A program made the position numbers and the translations under genes. From Candidatus Bipolaricaulota bacterium (GTDB taxonomy: Bacteria; Bipolaricaulota; Bipolaricaulia; UBA7950; UBA9294), in NCBI GenBank assembly GCA_040752575.1, contig JBFMGK010000027.1, positions 90,360 to 154,359 on the forward strand: DNA of 64,000 nt, read 5' to 3'. Positions 10,444 to 20,098 of the stretch are shown one piece after another. How positions within the stretch are numbered: the first letter of the stretch is position 1; every line of letters begins with the position of its first letter. The notes under the pieces were generated by a model. That model searched no databases, had not been told where the DNA came from, and saw nothing but the letters and a program-made list of their open reading frames with translations.

Positions 10444-12080
10444 CGCGCCTCCTGTCTCGGGGGACGCCGCGCATACGAAGCCAGGACTTCGTCCAGCGCG
10501 GCGGCGGGGTCGCCGCCAAGGTCGTAGCTCTCGACGCGACGACCGCGAGCCCTAAGGGTTGCCGCGTCGCCGAACGCTTGGCAGAGCAAGGCGTCGGCGA
10601 GCCGCTCCCGACCCGACGGTCCTGGAGCATCGAGCGGATCTTCCGTGGCGTCGACGAGATGCACGAAGATCCCGCGGCCCGCGTCTCCCTTGTGGAGTTG
10701 GCCGGTCGAGTGGAGATACCGCGGCCCGAATCCCAGCGTCACCGCGCAGCCCGTCGCGTCGCGCAGCTGCCCCTGCAGTGCTCGCAGGCGCGCCTCGACG
10801 GCGGGCGACGGATCGAGGAACGCAAGGAGTGCAACGTAGTCCCCGACCTTCGCTGAAGCGACCTGACGGTCGAGCTCTTCGCGCGTGAGCGCCCGCCGCG
10901 TCTCCGCCGGGCGACGGCCCGACCTGCGCAGCTCCTCGAGAAGCCGGCGAGTCTCCGTCTTGGCTGACTCGACGTCGGGCTGGTTGAAGGGGTGGATCCC
11001 GAGGACATGACCGGCGATCGCCGTGGCGAACTCGGCGAGGAAGAAGATGCGTCCGAACTCGGGAGCGTCGCGATCGTCCAGGGTGAGCGCGGGGTGCCCG
11101 CCCAAAGCGAGGTCCTCGCTGCGCCGTTCTTCAAGGGGCGAAAGAGAGAGAAAGAGGCGATCGCGTCCGTAGGCCGATGCGGGAGCCAAAGGCTCGCCGA
11201 CGACGGGCAGGATGCCGCGTCCCGATTTGCCCGTGCTCTCCGCGATCAGCTGCTCGATCCAGTCCGCGAGCCCGGCGAGGTCAGGCGGCGCTTCGATCGT
11301 TAGCTTGTCGCGCCCGCCCATGGCTTGGGCGGCGAGCGACGCGCCGAGCCAGGCGCCGCGGTTATCCTGGGGAGATAGGTCCGGCGAGCACGCCGCGGCA
11401 GCCCCGCGAGCCGCGTGGAGCAGGGCTTCGAGGTCGATGCGCAGGAGAGCCCCCGGCACGAGACCTACGAGAGAAAGCGCGGCGTATCGCCCCCCGACGT
11501 TGGGGTCATTGAGGAACGTGCGACGGTAGCCGCGGGCCGCCGCCCACGCGACCAACGGACTGCCGGGGTCGGTGATCGCGACGAACCGACGTCCGGCATC
11601 GCGAGGCCCCAGAACGCCGTCCGCCTGCTCCTGGAAGTAGCGCGCAAGGGTCAGCGTCTCGCTTGTCGTCCCGGACTTCGTCGAGACGACGAACAGCGTG
11701 CGCTGCAGGTCGATCGACGCTGAGACGCGGCGCACGGCACTTGGATGCAGGGTGTCGAGGACGTGGAGCCGAGGCGCGCCTCGGTCGGGAAGACCGGCTC
11801 GCGCCATGGCGTCCGGTGCGAGACTGGATCCTCCCATGCCGAGCAGGACGACGTCGTCCAATCCCTCGCTGCGGGCCTCGTCCGAGAAGTCGCTGAGCTC
11901 GGCCAGGTGCGTGGCCATCGTGTCCGGAAGACGCAACCACCCGAGGCGGTCGACGATTTCGTTGGGGATCGGCGACCAGAGGCGGTGATCTCCGGCCCAG
12001 AGACGCGCGATGACGTTGTCGCGTTCCAGGGCGCAGAGAACGTCACGAAAGCTCTGCGTCGCATGCTTGCCGTCTTCCAT
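10440..12080 (-). CDS. pgi: Glucose-6-phosphate isomerase (type resembling the PGI half of Tal/Pgi fusions)
   Basis: LGMGGSSL, STKSGTT, ITDPGS, GGRY, EQLIAESTGK, FNQPDVESAK, GPRYLHSTGQLHKG; AGGAGG RBS before ATG 12080. Confidence 0.85.
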   Translation of the reverse strand: MEDGKHATQSFRDVLCALERDNVIARLWAGDHRLWSPIPNEIVDRLGWLRLPDTMATHLAELSDFSDEARSEGLDDVVLLGMGGSSLAPDAMARAGLPDRGAPRLHVLDTLHPSAVRRVSASIDLQRTLFVVSTKSGTTSETLTLARYFQEQADGVLGPRDAGRRFVAITDPGSPLVAWAAARGYRRTFLNDPNVGGRYAALSLVGLVPGALLRIDLEALLHAARGAAAACSPDLSPQDNRGAWLGASLAAQAMGGRDKLTIEAPPDLAGLADWIEQLIAESTGKSGRGILPVVGEPLAPASAYGRDRLFLSLSPLEERRSEDLALGGHPALTLDDRDAPEFGRIFFLAEFATAIAGHVLGIHPFNQPDVESAKTETRRLLEELRRSGRRPAETRRALTREELDRQVASAKVGDYVALLAFLDPSPAVEARLRALQGQLRDATGCAVTLGFGPRYLHSTGQLHKGDAGRGIFVHLVDATEDPLDAPGPSGRERLADALLCQAFGDAATLRARGRRVESYDLGGDPAAALDEVLASYARRPPRQEAR

Positions 12081-12125
12081 GGACCCTCCTGGCTGTGTCA
12101 CGATAACACAAACGGCGGCGCGGGG

Positions 12126-12201
12126 TCAGGACAGGCTGGCGCTGCGCCACGCTACGCCGCGGATCAGGGCAGGTTGGCGTTGCGCCACGCCGCGCCGCGG
12201 A
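12126..12201. repeat. 38-bp imperfect tandem duplication of the glk 3' end
   Basis: 12126-12163 and 12164-12201 match at 33/38 positions, and both include the TGA stop. Confidence 0.85.
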
Positions 12202-13168
12202 GGACGGCGTCCGGCGAGAGAATCACGAACAAGGGTATTGATGCGAGGAGCGAGGAGAATCGTCCCTTGGCTTCGAAGACGCGGCGGAACCGCGGCGAGG
12301 TGAGAAACGGGAGAAGGCGTGGCGGAAGGCCTCCCCCGAGATAGACCCCGCCGGTCGCGAGCCATCGCAAGGCAGCGTTCCCGCACTCTGCGGCGAGGAT
12401 GTCCGTCAGCAGCTCGACCGCGGCGACGGCGAGAGGCGATCGCCCCGACAAGGCGGCGTCGACGATCTCGGGCGTCGCCGGCAGCTCGCAGCCGTGGGAC
12501 TCGGGTGCCTCGCCATGACCTTGGCTCTCGCCGTCACGGAGGAAGCCGAACAGGTGGGGAAGCGCGAGACCTGAACAGGTGCGTTCGACGCTCACGTGGT
12601 CATGGTGCTGCCGCAGCTGCAAGAGAAGGCGATCCTGCAGCTCGTTCTGCGAAGAGAAGTCGGCGTGGCTCCCTTCGGAGGGCAAGGCCACCAGGCCGTC
12701 GCGGCCCTGCGCGATGCAGGCCTCGCCCAGACCCGTTCCCAGCGCGAGGACGGCCCTCACGCCCCCTCGCGCAGCTGCGGGACCGAGGCGCTGCAGCTCA
12801 TCATCTCCCAGGCAGGGTACGGACCAGGCAAGGGCCTCCACATCATTGAGGACTTCGACGCGCGCGATGCCCAGCCGGTCACGCAGGGCGGAGCCCTCGA
12901 CGTGCCACGGGAGATTCGTCAGCTGAGCGGACCCGTTGAAGACGGGCCCCGCCACGGCGAACGTCGCCGACTCGATCTGCCGAGCGCCCGGGACCTCGGA
13001 AAGAAAAGCTGCGACGTCGTCAGCCAGGTCTCGTATCTGGTGGCTGGCGAGGGTGCGCGTGGCGATGGGAAGGCGCGGCATCCCTGCGTCGAACACTGCG
13101 AGGACGGTCTTCGTCCCCCCCACGTCCGCGGCAAGCAGGGTTCTGGAGGGCGAACGCCGGCCCGCCAT
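12164..13168 (-). CDS. glk: Glucokinase (E. coli Glk type)
   Basis: ADVGGTK, AVAGPV, LTNLPW, LNDVEA, GTGLGEA, SEGSH, ATGGVYLGGG, KGRF. Confidence 0.92.
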   Translation of the reverse strand: MAGRRSPSRTLLAADVGGTKTVLAVFDAGMPRLPIATRTLASHQIRDLADDVAAFLSEVPGARQIESATFAVAGPVFNGSAQLTNLPWHVEGSALRDRLGIARVEVLNDVEALAWSVPCLGDDELQRLGPAAARGGVRAVLALGTGLGEACIAQGRDGLVALPSEGSHADFSSQNELQDRLLLQLRQHHDHVSVERTCSGLALPHLFGFLRDGESQGHGEAPESHGCELPATPEIVDAALSGRSPLAVAAVELLTDILAAECGNAALRWLATGGVYLGGGLPPRLLPFLTSPRFRRVFEAKGRFSSLLASIPLFVILSPDAVLRGAAWRNANLP

Positions 13169-13195
13169 AAGCACCTCCCCGACGCATTCGCTAAA

Positions 13196-14272
13196 TCAAA
13201 CCAGCGTTGCCTGCGTCTCCGGATCGAAGACGTGAACGGTCTTCAAGTTGACGCGGAGGCGGACCTCTTGGTCGATCTCTACCTGGCGATGCGGATCCAG
13301 GCTCGCAACGATCTGGGATCCGTCGACATCTCCGTAGACCAACAGCGAGTGCCCCAGTTGCTCCTTCACCGAGATGCGCGTCGAGATCGCATCCTGTGTG
13401 TCGGAAACCGGACCGTCTAGGTCCTCCGGGCGTACGCCCATCACGACGCGGTCGGGAACCTCGACCGACGCGTCGATGGGGAGGGAGATACGGAACCCCT
13501 TCCCCGAAAGGATAACGTTTCCCTGCTCGCGCGTTGCCGCAGCCGTGAGGAAGTTCATCGCCGGGCTGCCAATGAACCCGGCCACAAACTGGTTCGCAGG
13601 GTGGTCGTAGGTCTGTTGGGGCGGAGCGTACTGCTGGATGATCCCATCCTTCATCACCGCAATCCGATCTCCAAGCGTCATCGCTTCGACCTGGTCATGG
13701 GTGACGTAGAGGGTTGTGGTCTTCAGCTTATGATGAAGCTGTTCGAGTTCGGTTCGCATCTGAACGCGCAACTTCGCATCAAGATTCGAGAGAGGCTCGT
13801 CGAACAGGAACACCTTCGGGTTGCGCACGATCGCGCGGCCGACTGCGACACGCTGGCGCTGCCCGCCGGAGAGCTCACGCGGCTTGCTCTTGAGCTTGCT
13901 CTCGATGCCCAGGAGTTCGGCGGCATCGTTCACCCGCTTCTTGATCTCGGCCTTGGGGTACTTCCGCAGCTTCAGACCGAACGCCATGTTGTTGAAGACG
14001 TCCATGTGAGGATAGAGCGCGTAGTTCTGAAAGACCATGGCGATGTCGCGGTCCTTCGGCGGCACGTTGTTCACGACGCGATCCCCAATGCGGATTTCGC
14101 CCGACGTCGCGTCTTCGAGCCCGGCCACCATCCGCAGCGTCGTCGTCTTGCCGCATCCCGAAGGCCCAACCAAGACCGTGAACTTGCCGTCTTCGATGAC
14201 CATGGAGATGTCGTTGACGGCGGTGAAGTCCCCAAACCGTTTTACAACGTTCGTCAGCGTGACTTCCGCCAT
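13196..14272 (-). CDS. msmX: Sugar ABC transporter ATP-binding subunit (MalK/MsmX/UgpC family)
   Basis: GPSGCGKTT, VFQNYALYPHM, LSGGQRQR, DEPLSNLDAKLR, VAGFIGSPAMN, C-terminal TOBE-like region. Confidence 0.93.
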   Translation of the reverse strand: MAEVTLTNVVKRFGDFTAVNDISMVIEDGKFTVLVGPSGCGKTTTLRMVAGLEDATSGEIRIGDRVVNNVPPKDRDIAMVFQNYALYPHMDVFNNMAFGLKLRKYPKAEIKKRVNDAAELLGIESKLKSKPRELSGGQRQRVAVGRAIVRNPKVFLFDEPLSNLDAKLRVQMRTELEQLHHKLKTTTLYVTHDQVEAMTLGDRIAVMKDGIIQQYAPPQQTYDHPANQFVAGFIGSPAMNFLTAAATREQGNVILSGKGFRISLPIDASVEVPDRVVMGVRPEDLDGPVSDTQDAISTRISVKEQLGHSLLVYGDVDGSQIVASLDPHRQVEIDQEVRLRVNLKTVHVFDPETQATLV

Positions 14273-14306
14273 GTCGCTCCTCGCTTCCGGTTCCGCTTGA
14301 GCCTGT

Positions 14307-14351
14307 TCACGTGCGCAACGTGAGTGTAGCACGGCAGGGAGGAGGAGCCAA
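14307..14351 (-). promoter_or_regulatory. Sigma70-type promoter of msmX with an adjacent palindrome
   Basis: TTGGCT(14346-14351)-N17-TACACT(14323-14328) with extended TG; inverted repeat TCACGT-N5-ACGTGA at 14307-14323. Confidence 0.55.
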
Positions 14352-14461
14352 CGCGGTCCCGGGTCGTGGGGATCGAGCCGCGTACCCGGTACGCTCTGGG
14401 TATGTGGAGCGAGGAGAAGCGGGCGCAACGATCGACTGACCGAGGCGAGAAGGTGGCGGCA

Positions 14462-15352
14462 ATGCGGAGAGGGTTCGCCAACCTCTTTGTCGTCTACGTT
14501 GTCTGGGGCAGCACGTACCTCGCGATTCGCATTGCCGTGCGCGGGGAGACGGGATTCCCGCCCTTCACGTTGGGCGCATTGCGGCTTCTTGCTGCGGGAA
14601 CGGCCCTCTTGGCGTGGGAGGCCCTTCGCGGGAGAAGACTCCGGCTGTCGCGCAGCGAGGTGGCGACGCTTGCCGCGGCGGGACTTCTGATGTGGGTTGG
14701 AGGCAACGGGCTCGTGAACTGGGCTGAACGTCGAGCGGACTCCGGCTACGCCGCGCTTCTCGTCGGGGCTCTTCCGATCTGGATGGCCGTTCTCGAGGCG
14801 CTGCTCGACCGGCGACGTCCGACGTGGCGGTTCGTCGCTTCCCTGCTGGTGGGATTCGCCGGGCTCTCCTTGCTTACGGTTCCGCGGCTGGCAGGCGCCG
14901 AAGCTGCAGACGCCGCGTCGATTGCGGCGCTGCTGTTCGCGCCTCTTCTGTGGGCGATGGGCGCCGCCCTCCAGACGCGCCGGCCTGTCCCCGCGAGTCC
15001 CGTGCTCGCCACGGCGTATCTCCACCTCTTCGGGGCCCTAGGCTTCGCGATCGCGGCCCTGGCCCTCGGCGAGCGCCTGGGCCGTCCGTCGGCCGGCGCC
15101 TGGGGGGCGTTGGCGTACTTGACCGTTGCGGGATCGATGGTCGCGTTCACATCGTTCGTGCGAGCGCTGAGAGCCCTCCCGACGAGGGTCGTGATGACCT
15201 ACGCGTACGTGAACCCAATCATCGCGGTTCTGCTCGGTGCCGTGGTCCTGAGCGAACAGGTGTCCGCGTGGACAGCCGGCGGGACAGCGCTTGTCCTCGC
15301 CGGCGTCTGGGGCGTGATGCGGAGCCGGTCCCATCGCGAGAACACGGCGTAG
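14462..15352 (+). CDS. EamA/DMT family transporter (YedA-like)
   Basis: VYVVWGSTYLAIR, YAYVNPIIAVLLG; ~10 TM segments; alternative start at 14402. Confidence 0.9.
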   Translation: MRRGFANLFVVYVVWGSTYLAIRIAVRGETGFPPFTLGALRLLAAGTALLAWEALRGRRLRLSRSEVATLAAAGLLMWVGGNGLVNWAERRADSGYAALLVGALPIWMAVLEALLDRRRPTWRFVASLLVGFAGLSLLTVPRLAGAEAADAASIAALLFAPLLWAMGAALQTRRPVPASPVLATAYLHLFGALGFAIAALALGERLGRPSAGAWGALAYLTVAGSMVAFTSFVRALRALPTRVVMTYAYVNPIIAVLLGAVVLSEQVSAWTAGGTALVLAGVWGVMRSRSHRENTA

Positions 15353-15412
15353 CACCCGGCGTTCCGCGCGTGCTCCGGGCCGAGTCGTTTGCGTCCCGCA
15401 CGCGCCGGGCTC

Positions 15413-15790
15413 CTATACCTTGAGCGCGTCCAGGACGATGCGAACGATCAGAAGGACCCAGCCCACGACGATTCCCACCCAGATGACCTTGCGGGCGAAG
15501 TCGATCAGCCCGAAGACAATGAGCAGGAGCGTGATGAACGCAAGATAGCCCAGAGGCTTCTCGAGTTCGGCGGACAAGCGATCCTTCGTGATCAGGTTCA
15601 GGACGTAGAGGAGCCCCTTGCCGAGATAGGTCGAGGCGCTGTCGATAAAGGTGAGGACTTGATCGACGACGCCGGCGGCGCTCGCGGTGTCGGGAGCCGG
15701 AGTCGACTCGACCTGAGCCACGCCGAGAGCTGCCACCCCGAGCAACAATCCTGCCAGCGCCACGACAACGATGTGCTTTCTGTCTTTCAT
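15413..15790 (-). CDS. Small hypothetical membrane protein
   Basis: G-rich RBS, signal-like N-terminus, two C-terminal hydrophobic helices. Confidence 0.75.
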   Translation of the reverse strand: MKDRKHIVVVALAGLLLGVAALGVAQVESTPAPDTASAAGVVDQVLTFIDSASTYLGKGLLYVLNLITKDRLSAELEKPLGYLAFITLLLIVFGLIDFARKVIWVGIVVGWVLLIVRIVLDALKV

Positions 15791-15870
15791 TCTCCCCCCC
15801 TTACGAGTTGGCCCCATGCTAGCGAGATGCGGGTTGGAGGTGAATCCCACGTGTCCCACGGAGGTGGGCC

Positions 15871-16842
15871 TTACCTTACGGAACGGCCCTTGCCCGAGTC
15901 GAGGACGTCGCTCATCTCGCGCGGGAAGGGCTCGAAGAAGGCCTGCCCAGCTAAGTACGGGACATCGAACCGCAGGATCAGGGATTGCATGAGGTGCACG
16001 GGAACCGCGAGCGGCACGCGACCCTCGCGGAACTGCTCCAGCCCGTCGAGGAAAAAGCGCTTCTCCTTGGCTTCGAGCTGAGCGGAGACGTAGCCGAAGG
16101 CGTGCTGCAGGACGTTAATCGCCGACGTCCGGCGGGGGAGCCTCTCGAGAGCCGCCGCGAAGTGCTGCGCGTAGTCGGAGGCGGTCTCGGAGAACGGGCG
16201 ACGCTCGGCGTTGGCGACGATGCGACCGAGCTGCCCCATCTGTGTCTGATTGTAGGCCATCAACAGGAGCTTGTGATCCGCGTGGAAAGCGACAAGGTCG
16301 CTCATCCGTCCGCGCGCGAGAGCCGAGCGCAGCCGCGCCGACGCGAAGATCCGCGTGAGAAAGTGCCCTCGCAGATCGAAGTTTCGCAGACGCCCCTCGT
16401 CTTCCACGGTCCACAACGAACGGGTCTCGAGGACCGCCGCGGCGAAGGCTCCCCGCGTCTTCGTGAACCCCGAACCGCGCACAGGCGCCGCGTACGCGCG
16501 AACGTCGCGCGGCCCGCACGATGGAGACGCTGCCTTCAGAATGGCTCCGTCACAGGCGCCGATCTCGGCGAGGAACGTGTCGGCGAAGCGGGCCATGGCC
16601 TCCGTGACGTCTTTTCCGGTCTCGGGTTGGACCAGCCGGGCCGCCCCGAGGGGGCCGACGAGACGGATGGGCGATCGCGGCACGCCAAGGCCGATCTCGA
16701 CTTCGGGGCAGACGGTGACGACGTCGACGAATGGCTTGATCCGCTCGACGGCGGGTTCCTGCACCGAGAGACCGTTATAGCGGCACGAGGCGAATCCAAG
16801 GCACCGGCTGAAGAGAACCCGCGGGCGAGGGGCCTCGGTCAT
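15871..16842 (-). CDS. DUF523 (thiouracil desulfidase-like Fe-S domain) + DUF1722 protein (YbgA-like)
   Basis: SRCLG..CRYNG, VCPEVEIGLGVPR, SPSCG, EDEGRL, FHADHKLLLMA, NVLQHAFGY. Confidence 0.88.
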   Translation of the reverse strand: MTEAPRPRVLFSRCLGFASCRYNGLSVQEPAVERIKPFVDVVTVCPEVEIGLGVPRSPIRLVGPLGAARLVQPETGKDVTEAMARFADTFLAEIGACDGAILKAASPSCGPRDVRAYAAPVRGSGFTKTRGAFAAAVLETRSLWTVEDEGRLRNFDLRGHFLTRIFASARLRSALARGRMSDLVAFHADHKLLLMAYNQTQMGQLGRIVANAERRPFSETASDYAQHFAAALERLPRRTSAINVLQHAFGYVSAQLEAKEKRFFLDGLEQFREGRVPLAVPVHLMQSLILRFDVPYLAGQAFFEPFPREMSDVLDSGKGRSVR

Positions 16843-17621
16843 GGCGTCTCCCTTGTGGCGAAGGTCTCGGGGTCGAAAAGGGATGGCGCGAGATCCGTCG
16901 CCAAGGCTTCGACGAGGTCTGACGTCGTCACGCGGCCGGCAAAGAGGCGATTCACGATGCGCTGCGTCCGGACGTAAAGATCGCCGTCTTCCCGCGTTGT
17001 GTAGTTGGCGTACTCGACGTCATAGAACGGAAGACCGCTCAGTGCGAACAGCGTCGCGAACAGCGGGCGAGCCGTTTCCTCGTCGACGGTGACCGTGACG
17101 GCCTGGAACGCGACCGAGAAGTCAACGGCCTGGAGATCCAGTTCGAGCCGCGGCGTTCCCTCTTCGGAGACCACCTCGCGCCGGGCGACGAGCGTATAGC
17201 TCTCGGCGAACCGAATGCCGCTCGTCTGGGCGACAGCCGCATCCCCGAACACCTCGGCGGTCGCCGACGTCTTGATGGGGAACTCCAGGTCGGGCGAAGT
17301 GAAATACGTCGCCTCGGGCGTCGTCAGATACACCTGCCCGGCGAGTTCCTCGGGCGTCGTAAACGCAATCCGAGCGCGCCGATCGCCGTCCTGGTCCCGA
17401 AACTGCAATAGGAGCTCTGCTTCCCGAGTCTCGTCGGGAGTTTCCGAGACGATGCGAACGCGGATTTGGTTCACCGAAGCGCTCACGAAGCGGGCCTCGT
17501 CGAGCGCGGCCAAGAGCTCAAGATCCGAGAGCTCGGATGCCGAGGCGAGTGCGGTCTGTTGCGCGGCGCCGGCGGCCAGAGCGACCAGGAAGACAAGGGA
17601 AAGCACGGTGCGGGTCTTCAT
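16839..17621 (-). CDS. LolA-like outer-membrane lipoprotein-sorting family protein
   Basis: Signal peptide; FTTPEELAGQVYL motif; C-terminal LAPSLFDP typical of LolA-like folds; downstream of an ABC ATPase and two permeases. Confidence 0.65.
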   Translation of the reverse strand: MKTRTVLSLVFLVALAAGAAQQTALASASELSDLELLAALDEARFVSASVNQIRVRIVSETPDETREAELLLQFRDQDGDRRARIAFTTPEELAGQVYLTTPEATYFTSPDLEFPIKTSATAEVFGDAAVAQTSGIRFAESYTLVARREVVSEEGTPRLELDLQAVDFSVAFQAVTVTVDEETARPLFATLFALSGLPFYDVEYANYTTREDGDLYVRTQRIVNRLFAGRVTTSDLVEALATDLAPSLFDPETFATRETP

Positions 17622-17665
17622 TGGGCAGCTTCCTTTCTTCTGTGTTGGGGCGGGTCGAAGGACGT

Positions 17666-18877
17666 TCATACACTCTGCAGGGCCTGCACGACGCGCAGGC
17701 GGGCGTTCTTCCACGCGGGAAGGATCGCGCTGGCGAGCGTCGCCAGCACGACGGTCAACAGAGGAGTGAGGGCCGTGGAGGGCGTGAGGTTCAGCTGGAT
17801 CGGCTGAGGAACGGCCGAGCCCGGAGGCGTCCACGCGAATCCGATGGCATTGAAACCGGTAGCCAGGAGAAGCCCTCCCACGGCGCCGAGCGTTGCGCCC
17901 AGAACGCCGATCAGAATGCCCTCGAGCACGAAGCCACGGAACACACGCCACCGTGTCGCTCCGAAGGCTCGTACGGTGCCAACTTCCCGTGTTCGTTCGA
18001 GGAAGGAGATCGTCAGGATCTCAATGACGCTGAAGAAGACCAGCGCGAAGACGGCGATCCCCGCGAGGCCGGAAAAGGCTGTGTAGAACGTCTCCAGGGA
18101 CGAGAAGCTCGGGGAGAGCTCTTTCCACGTTCTCGTGACGAGCGGAAGGCCCTCGGCGGCCAGCGCGGCCGCAAGATCCTTCGCGAAGAGCTCGGCGTCG
18201 TCGAGGTCCTCGAGGCCGATGAGAATCCGCGCCACGCCGTCGGTCTTGAGCAGGCGCTGAACGAACTCGAGCGGGAAGAGACCGAGCTGCCCCTCCAGGG
18301 TCTCGAGAGCCACCGTGAGCGTTCCGACGATGGTGACGGTGGCCGCGTTGAAGTTGCCGCTCGCAGTGCCTGTGGCGACGTTGACGCGGCCGCCGATGCC
18401 GACACTGAGCTTCTCCGCGAGACTCCGCCCGAGAAGCACCTGGCGCGAGGCGTCCACGGGAAGCGGCGAACCCTCGATCCTGTAGCACTCGACGTCCTTC
18501 ACGCAGCTGCAGGTCGTGACGCCGCGTCCGATGATCAACGTACTGCCTCGCTCGTCGCCGACGAGACCGGCGAAGTCGAGTTGCCTCGCCGTACCGGTCA
18601 CACCACGGCGGGTGGCGATGAGTTCGAGGGCTCGCGCCGCGACCTCGGGGGCGATGAGATCCTCGTAGCCCTCGGAGGTGCCGTCGAACAGCCGCTCATG
18701 GGCCACTTGGACGGCGCCCGTCTCGCAGGCAATGGCGACACGCGAGGAACGCAGAGCCTCGCCAATGAATGCCAGTGCAATCAGGAAGATCGCCGTACCT
18801 ACGACGATGACGGCGAGACTGAAGGCCGTTCGCCTTCGGTTGCGAAAGACGTTTCGCAGAGCGGTTCGGAACTCCAA
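17666..18877 (-). CDS. ABC transporter permease, FtsX/LolE/MacB-like
   Basis: ALRNVFRNRRRT, large periplasmic loop, ERTREVGTVRAFG, 3 C-terminal TMs. Confidence 0.9.
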   Translation of the reverse strand: MEFRTALRNVFRNRRRTAFSLAVIVVGTAIFLIALAFIGEALRSSRVAIACETGAVQVAHERLFDGTSEGYEDLIAPEVAARALELIATRRGVTGTARQLDFAGLVGDERGSTLIIGRGVTTCSCVKDVECYRIEGSPLPVDASRQVLLGRSLAEKLSVGIGGRVNVATGTASGNFNAATVTIVGTLTVALETLEGQLGLFPLEFVQRLLKTDGVARILIGLEDLDDAELFAKDLAAALAAEGLPLVTRTWKELSPSFSSLETFYTAFSGLAGIAVFALVFFSVIEILTISFLERTREVGTVRAFGATRWRVFRGFVLEGILIGVLGATLGAVGGLLLATGFNAIGFAWTPPGSAVPQPIQLNLTPSTALTPLLTVVLATLASAILPAWKNARLRVVQALQSV

Positions 18878-18886
18878 CGCAACCTC

Positions 18887-20098
18887 CTATTCGACGCGCA
18901 ACGCGTCGACGACGCGCAGACGCGAGGCCAGCGACGAAGGGTAGAGGGCTGAGAGAAGCGTCGCGACCACGCTCACGGCGAACGGGACGAGAGCCGTCGC
19001 GGGGCCGATCGTCGAGGCCAGGACGACCGGCTCGATGGTCCCGGGGGGCAGCCATTCGATGCCCGCTGCACTGAAGCCCAGCGCGAGCAAGAGCCCGCCG
19101 ATCACTCCGGCACCGCTTCCCAGCACGGCGAGCCACGAGGCTTCCGCGAAGAACAGGCGGAAGACCTCTCCTTGGGTTGTTCCCAACGCGCGGAGCGTGC
19201 CGATCTCCCGCGTGCGCTCCAGGAAGGCGAGCGTCAGGACCTGCAGAATGATGAAGAACACGAGCACCGAGATCGCGAGGGTGAGGAATCCGAACAGCGC
19301 ATCGAAGTAGGACGAGAGCTCCTTGTAGAACGGGGAGAGGTCATCCCACGTGCGCGGCTCAAGGCTGAGGCCGGCGGCATCGAGCGCCGCGGCGAGCCGG
19401 ACGTTGGCGCCCGGGGTCGAGCGAAGGTCGTCGAGCGTGACGATGACTCGATCCACACTATCCGTGTTCAGCAGCCGCTGGCCGAAGGCGAGGGGTACGA
19501 AGATGACCTGCTCCTCGACCTGTTCGCTGCTGTAGCGATAGATGCCAACGATCTGGAAAGGACTTGCGTTGTAGGCTCCTTCCAGCGTCGTGAGCGTGAG
19601 CGTGACTGCGTCGCCGACTGACAGCCCGAGGCGTCGAGCCAGTGAACGCCCCACGAACACGGCCGCCGTATCCGTGGCGACGAGTCCTCGTCCTTCGACG
19701 GCGAGATCGGAGAAGTCGAGGATTGCGTTCTCCGGCTCAATGGCCGTCGCGACGACCACCTGCGTCGAGCGGCCCGAACCGAGAAGGCCCGGGAACTGCA
19801 ATTGGCGGGTGCTGCCGCGGTAGGCGGGGTCCGCCTGTGCCAGGGAAGCGATCCTCTCCGCATCGAGGGGGGCGATCAAGTACTCGTACTCCTCGGCCTC
19901 GTCGTTCCAGAGAAGCGGCGAAGCGATCTGGAGGTTGCCGTACTCCCGAACCGTAGACTCCTGAATCTGGAGGCGCGAATTCTCGAGGAACCCGAGAACG
20001 AAGAGCGATACGGCGGTCCCGAGCGCGATCACCGCGACGGAGAGCGCTGTCCGCCGCCCGTTACGCCACAGGCTTCGCAGCGGCAGTCGCCACCCCAT
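18887..20098 (-). CDS. ABC transporter permease, FtsX/LolC-like (paralogue of the next gene)
   Basis: LRSLWRNGRRT, ERTREIGTLRALG, LYPS..ASRL.VVDALR. Confidence 0.9.
   Translation of the reverse strand: MGWRLPLRSLWRNGRRTALSVAVIALGTAVSLFVLGFLENSRLQIQESTVREYGNLQIASPLLWNDEAEEYEYLIAPLDAERIASLAQADPAYRGSTRQLQFPGLLGSGRSTQVVVATAIEPENAILDFSDLAVEGRGLVATDTAAVFVGRSLARRLGLSVGDAVTLTLTTLEGAYNASPFQIVGIYRYSSEQVEEQVIFVPLAFGQRLLNTDSVDRVIVTLDDLRSTPGANVRLAAALDAAGLSLEPRTWDDLSPFYKELSSYFDALFGFLTLAISVLVFFIILQVLTLAFLERTREIGTLRALGTTQGEVFRLFFAEASWLAVLGSGAGVIGGLLLALGFSAAGIEWLPPGTIEPVVLASTIGPATALVPFAVSVVATLLSALYPSSLASRLRVVDALRVE

Noticed and set aside
14273-15025. N-terminal extension of the msmX ORF
   Set aside because: Antisense to the EamA gene; ABC similarity starts at 14272
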